From positions 288,001 through 352,000 of the forward strand of contig CBDBFU010000002.1 of NCBI GenBank assembly GCA_965205025.1: a stretch of 64,000 bases of DNA. The letters run 5' to 3'. Below the pieces are notes generated by a model. It searched no databases. It was not told the DNA's origin and saw only the letters and a list, made by a program, of their open reading frames with translations. This DNA comes from Candidatus Poribacteria bacterium (lineage in GTDB: Bacteria; Poribacteria; WGA-4E; WGA-3G). How positions within the stretch are numbered: the stretch's first letter is position 1; each line of letters opens with the position of its first letter. The translations under genes and the position numbers were made by a program. Positions 60,806 to 64,000 of the stretch are shown one piece after another.

Positions 60806-60920
60806 TTGATTTAATAGCCGTAAAGGTGTATCCTTATATAAGTAAAGTATCACTCCGTTCAATTCAACACACTAACGTTTTGCACAATAGCATTCTAATA
60901 AACATTTGAGGTATCTCTTT

Positions 60921-63900
60921 ATGGTAAATCATAAATTATATATCTTCTCAACCGTAACGATCTTTTTCATGTTAGGTGTTTTCATAGGTGTCCTTGAAGC
61001 GGGACAAGCCGATGAGACGATAATTGATGAAGAACAAGCAATTATTCAGGAATTTGTTAAGAAAGCACAAGAATACGTGGAGCTTAATCAGATTAAGGAA
61101 GCAATAGAAATCTACGAGAGAATAGTCATTTCAGACCCAGAAAACCAAGATATTCGATTAGAACTTGCAAGACTCTATAAGGTGACATATCAGTACGAAA
61201 AAGCTATCGGAATTTGGAATGAATTGCTTGAAAGTGAACCACGAAACAGAGAATATCAAGAACAACTATTTAATAGTTTACAGGATGCTGGTAAAAGTAG
61301 TGAAGCGTTTGAACTCGCACAAGCATATAGTAAAACACAACCAGAAGTCGGTTTCTATTATACGCAACTCGCAGGACTCTATGCTGATGAAGATAATATA
61401 GATGCAGCTATAACCAACTATGAAAAAGCAATTGAATTCTCAGACGGTAGTGTAACAACATGTTTCATTCTTGCGAGATTATATTTTCTAAAAGAGGACT
61501 TCAAAGCTTCTGAAAAAGCACTGAAGACCGCTATGCTATACGCATCATCAGAGTGGGAACAGAGTAGAATTCAACAGCAATTGATTAACCTATATCGGCA
61601 TCAAGGAAATATAGCACAGGCGGCACAAAAGGTTGAAAATAATGACATTACATTCGATTTACAGAGAGAATATGCACGACTTCTTTTAACAACAGGGGAA
61701 TTGGAAAAATCTGTAAATGCTTTCAAAAAAGCTCTTGAAATGACCACCGATTCTTATGATATAAATAGGGTTACCGAAGAACTGATCAAGGTATATATTA
61801 AACAAGGTAGAACCGACTTAGCATTGGATTTCTTTGATGCTGAATCATCAAAACATCCCAGAACAGAAATCGCGGAAAGATATTATAGTTCAAACTACGT
61901 TACAGTGGAATTTCATCATGATTACGCACGCGAAATACTCATAAATGCCTATAAAGATCAAGGGGAATTTGAGAGTTTGAGAAACCTCTTCATAGAGAGA
62001 ATTGAAGAGGAAGCAGACAATCCAACTAACTTAGAAATGTTGGCTGATATTTATTGGAACTCCTACCATTATCCTCAAGCAGCTAATACTTACCTTAAAC
62101 TCAGTAAAGCCGAACCTTACAATATACGAAGTTTTTACCTCGCAGCCGCTGCATTCCAGAGTAGTGACGAACCTGATATGGTGAAAAAGGTATTGGCAGA
62201 AGCGGATAACGCTCTTGCAACCAGTCAATATAGGAATGATTGGTTATACATCGGTTCTCTTGCCACAATATGTCGGGACAGAAATTTGTATGACCACGCA
62301 ATAAAACTCTCTAATGAGGCTATTAACATATTAAAGGAATCGGAAAACGAATGGACTCTCAGGTATATGTACGAAATACTTGCCAAGATTTATCTTGATG
62401 TCAAACGTTATGAGGATGCTTTTTTAGCAATATCATGAAATGGCGAATGCTACAACAAACAGCTATACGCGACAAAGAGCAGCAAGAGGAATGAGAGAAA
62501 TCGCTAAAGTTGCAAATGTATATGAAAAATTGATACCAGAGCAACTTAGACAGCTTCAGCAAAATCCTAACGATCCCGATCTAATCCTAAAACTCGCTGA
62601 AAGCTACCAATTATCTAATAAATATAATGAAGCAGTTGAACAATATGAAAAACTCACTATGCTCCAACCTGACGAATCTCAGTGGTACAAGCATTTAGGG
62701 GACCTGTATCAACACGTTGCGATAGAGAAAAATAACACAGACGAAGTAATTGAAGATACGGCACTTTCTCTCGGGGGAAATCTGAGTTATGTTGAAATCA
62801 AAGACAGTGAAACTATAGACAATACTACCCAACAGTTAACTGTGTCAACATGGGTAAAACCTACCGTTTTTCCGAATAGATATACCCCAATAATTTTTAA
62901 AGGTGATGAATGGGATGACAACTTTGAAAAACGCAGTTATCTCCTTAATCTTATGGACACTGGTGCCATTCAATTTTCTGCCTCTCCAGCAATGACACCT
63001 GATGTTTCTATCTATTCCCCTGCCGGATCCGTCAAACTCAACACATGGACACATATTGCAGGTGTCATTGATACAAAAAACGACCTTCAAAAGCTATTTA
63101 TTAACGGTGTTGAAGTAAGTCGTAGTCATTTCAAAGGAAAGGCCAGTATTCATAAAAGCCGTCTACCCCTTCGTATCGGATGGACACATGAGGCAGACCA
63201 TCCTTGGCACGCATCTTTTATTGGACAAATTGATGATGTACGGGTTTGGAACATTGCACGTACTGAATCCGAAATTCAATCTGATATGAACACTCAACTC
63301 AAGGGAGATGAGGACGGCTTAGTCGGATATTGGAAATTTAATGAAATAATCGAAGAAAAAATAGCAGATGTTTCACCTAATAGAAATGTTGGTAATACCG
63401 TTGGAAATGTAAAACTTGAACAGTATACACGACCAATTATAAAGTCATTACAGAAGGGAACAGATGGCAAAATCTATTGAGGCTTATGAAAAGGCGATCA
63501 CACTTGAGCCTACTTTGTATGAACACTATGACTTGTTAGCACAATCCTTTGCAAGAAGTGGACACACTTCAGAAGGCTGAAAGCCGTATATCGACGCACA
63601 TTGGACACACCTCTAAAACAGTATGAGTACGATTCAGCAATCATGGCTATTTCTAACCTTTATTCTGACGAGAGCCAAGAAAATAAACGACTCGCTTTGC
63701 TTGAAGAAATAAAACCGAAAATGGAAAATAGTGCTACACTTCATATTCTCTTAGGTGACCTGTATAAAAAAGCAGATGAAACCGAAAAGGCAGAACAGCA
63801 TTATGCTGAATGGTTGAAAATACGGGAGAGAGAACTTAACAACGAACAGGAAGCAAGGGTATTACACGATTTTGCTGAAGAACTCCTTGATAAAGAACTC

Positions 63901-64000
63901 TTTCCAGAAACTGCCTTAAAATTTGCTAAACGTGCATTCCATAAAAACACCGGTTCAGATTATATCTATTCAGATACAATCGGACAAGCGTGTATGGCAA
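60921..64000 (+). pseudogene. Large secreted TPR-repeat + LamG-domain protein, split by frameshifts and running off the right edge
   Basis: TPR motifs throughout; LamG (TVSTWVKP, WTHIAG, FIGQIDDVRVWN, LVGYWKF); TPR reading continues across shifts at ~62425, ~63455 and ~63575. Confidence 0.75.

Overview
Bacterial chromosomal window. The ECF sigma factor with a long beta-propeller extension, the Rpn/Uma2 paralogs, the TPR-LamG protein and the dense REP/MITE-like intergenic repeats suggest a Candidatus Poribacteria-like genome (inference). 0-21 kb is mostly housekeeping and envelope genes: glcF-like, dcd, a sigma54/NtrC-type glnA-glnB locus, a GldAFG-like ABC system, an AlgI/AlgJ-type O-acetylation cluster, a type II R-M pair, tandem DUF151 genes and smpB-ssrA. 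About 22-51 kb is a defence island. It has an intact sspBCD-sspE phosphorothioate (PT) system followed by a GHKL ATPase, a decayed IS1595 with cargo and a tRNA-like sequence, and an IS701. It also has a ~10.9 kb cassette inserted into an Rpn gene between 23-bp direct repeats. That cassette carries a 5'-truncated second sspC, a second sspD, an IS630-inactivated SBD-HNH nuclease and a compact six-gene operon (DUF6884-like, hypothetical, PIN, hypothetical, P-loop ATPase, TGT/DpdA-like transglycosylase). This operon is the best candidate for an undescribed system. 52-64 kb holds vWA, GT-C, Uma2, extended ECF sigma, Rpn and a frameshifted TPR/LamG gene. All family calls come from motif recognition by eye; no database searches were run.
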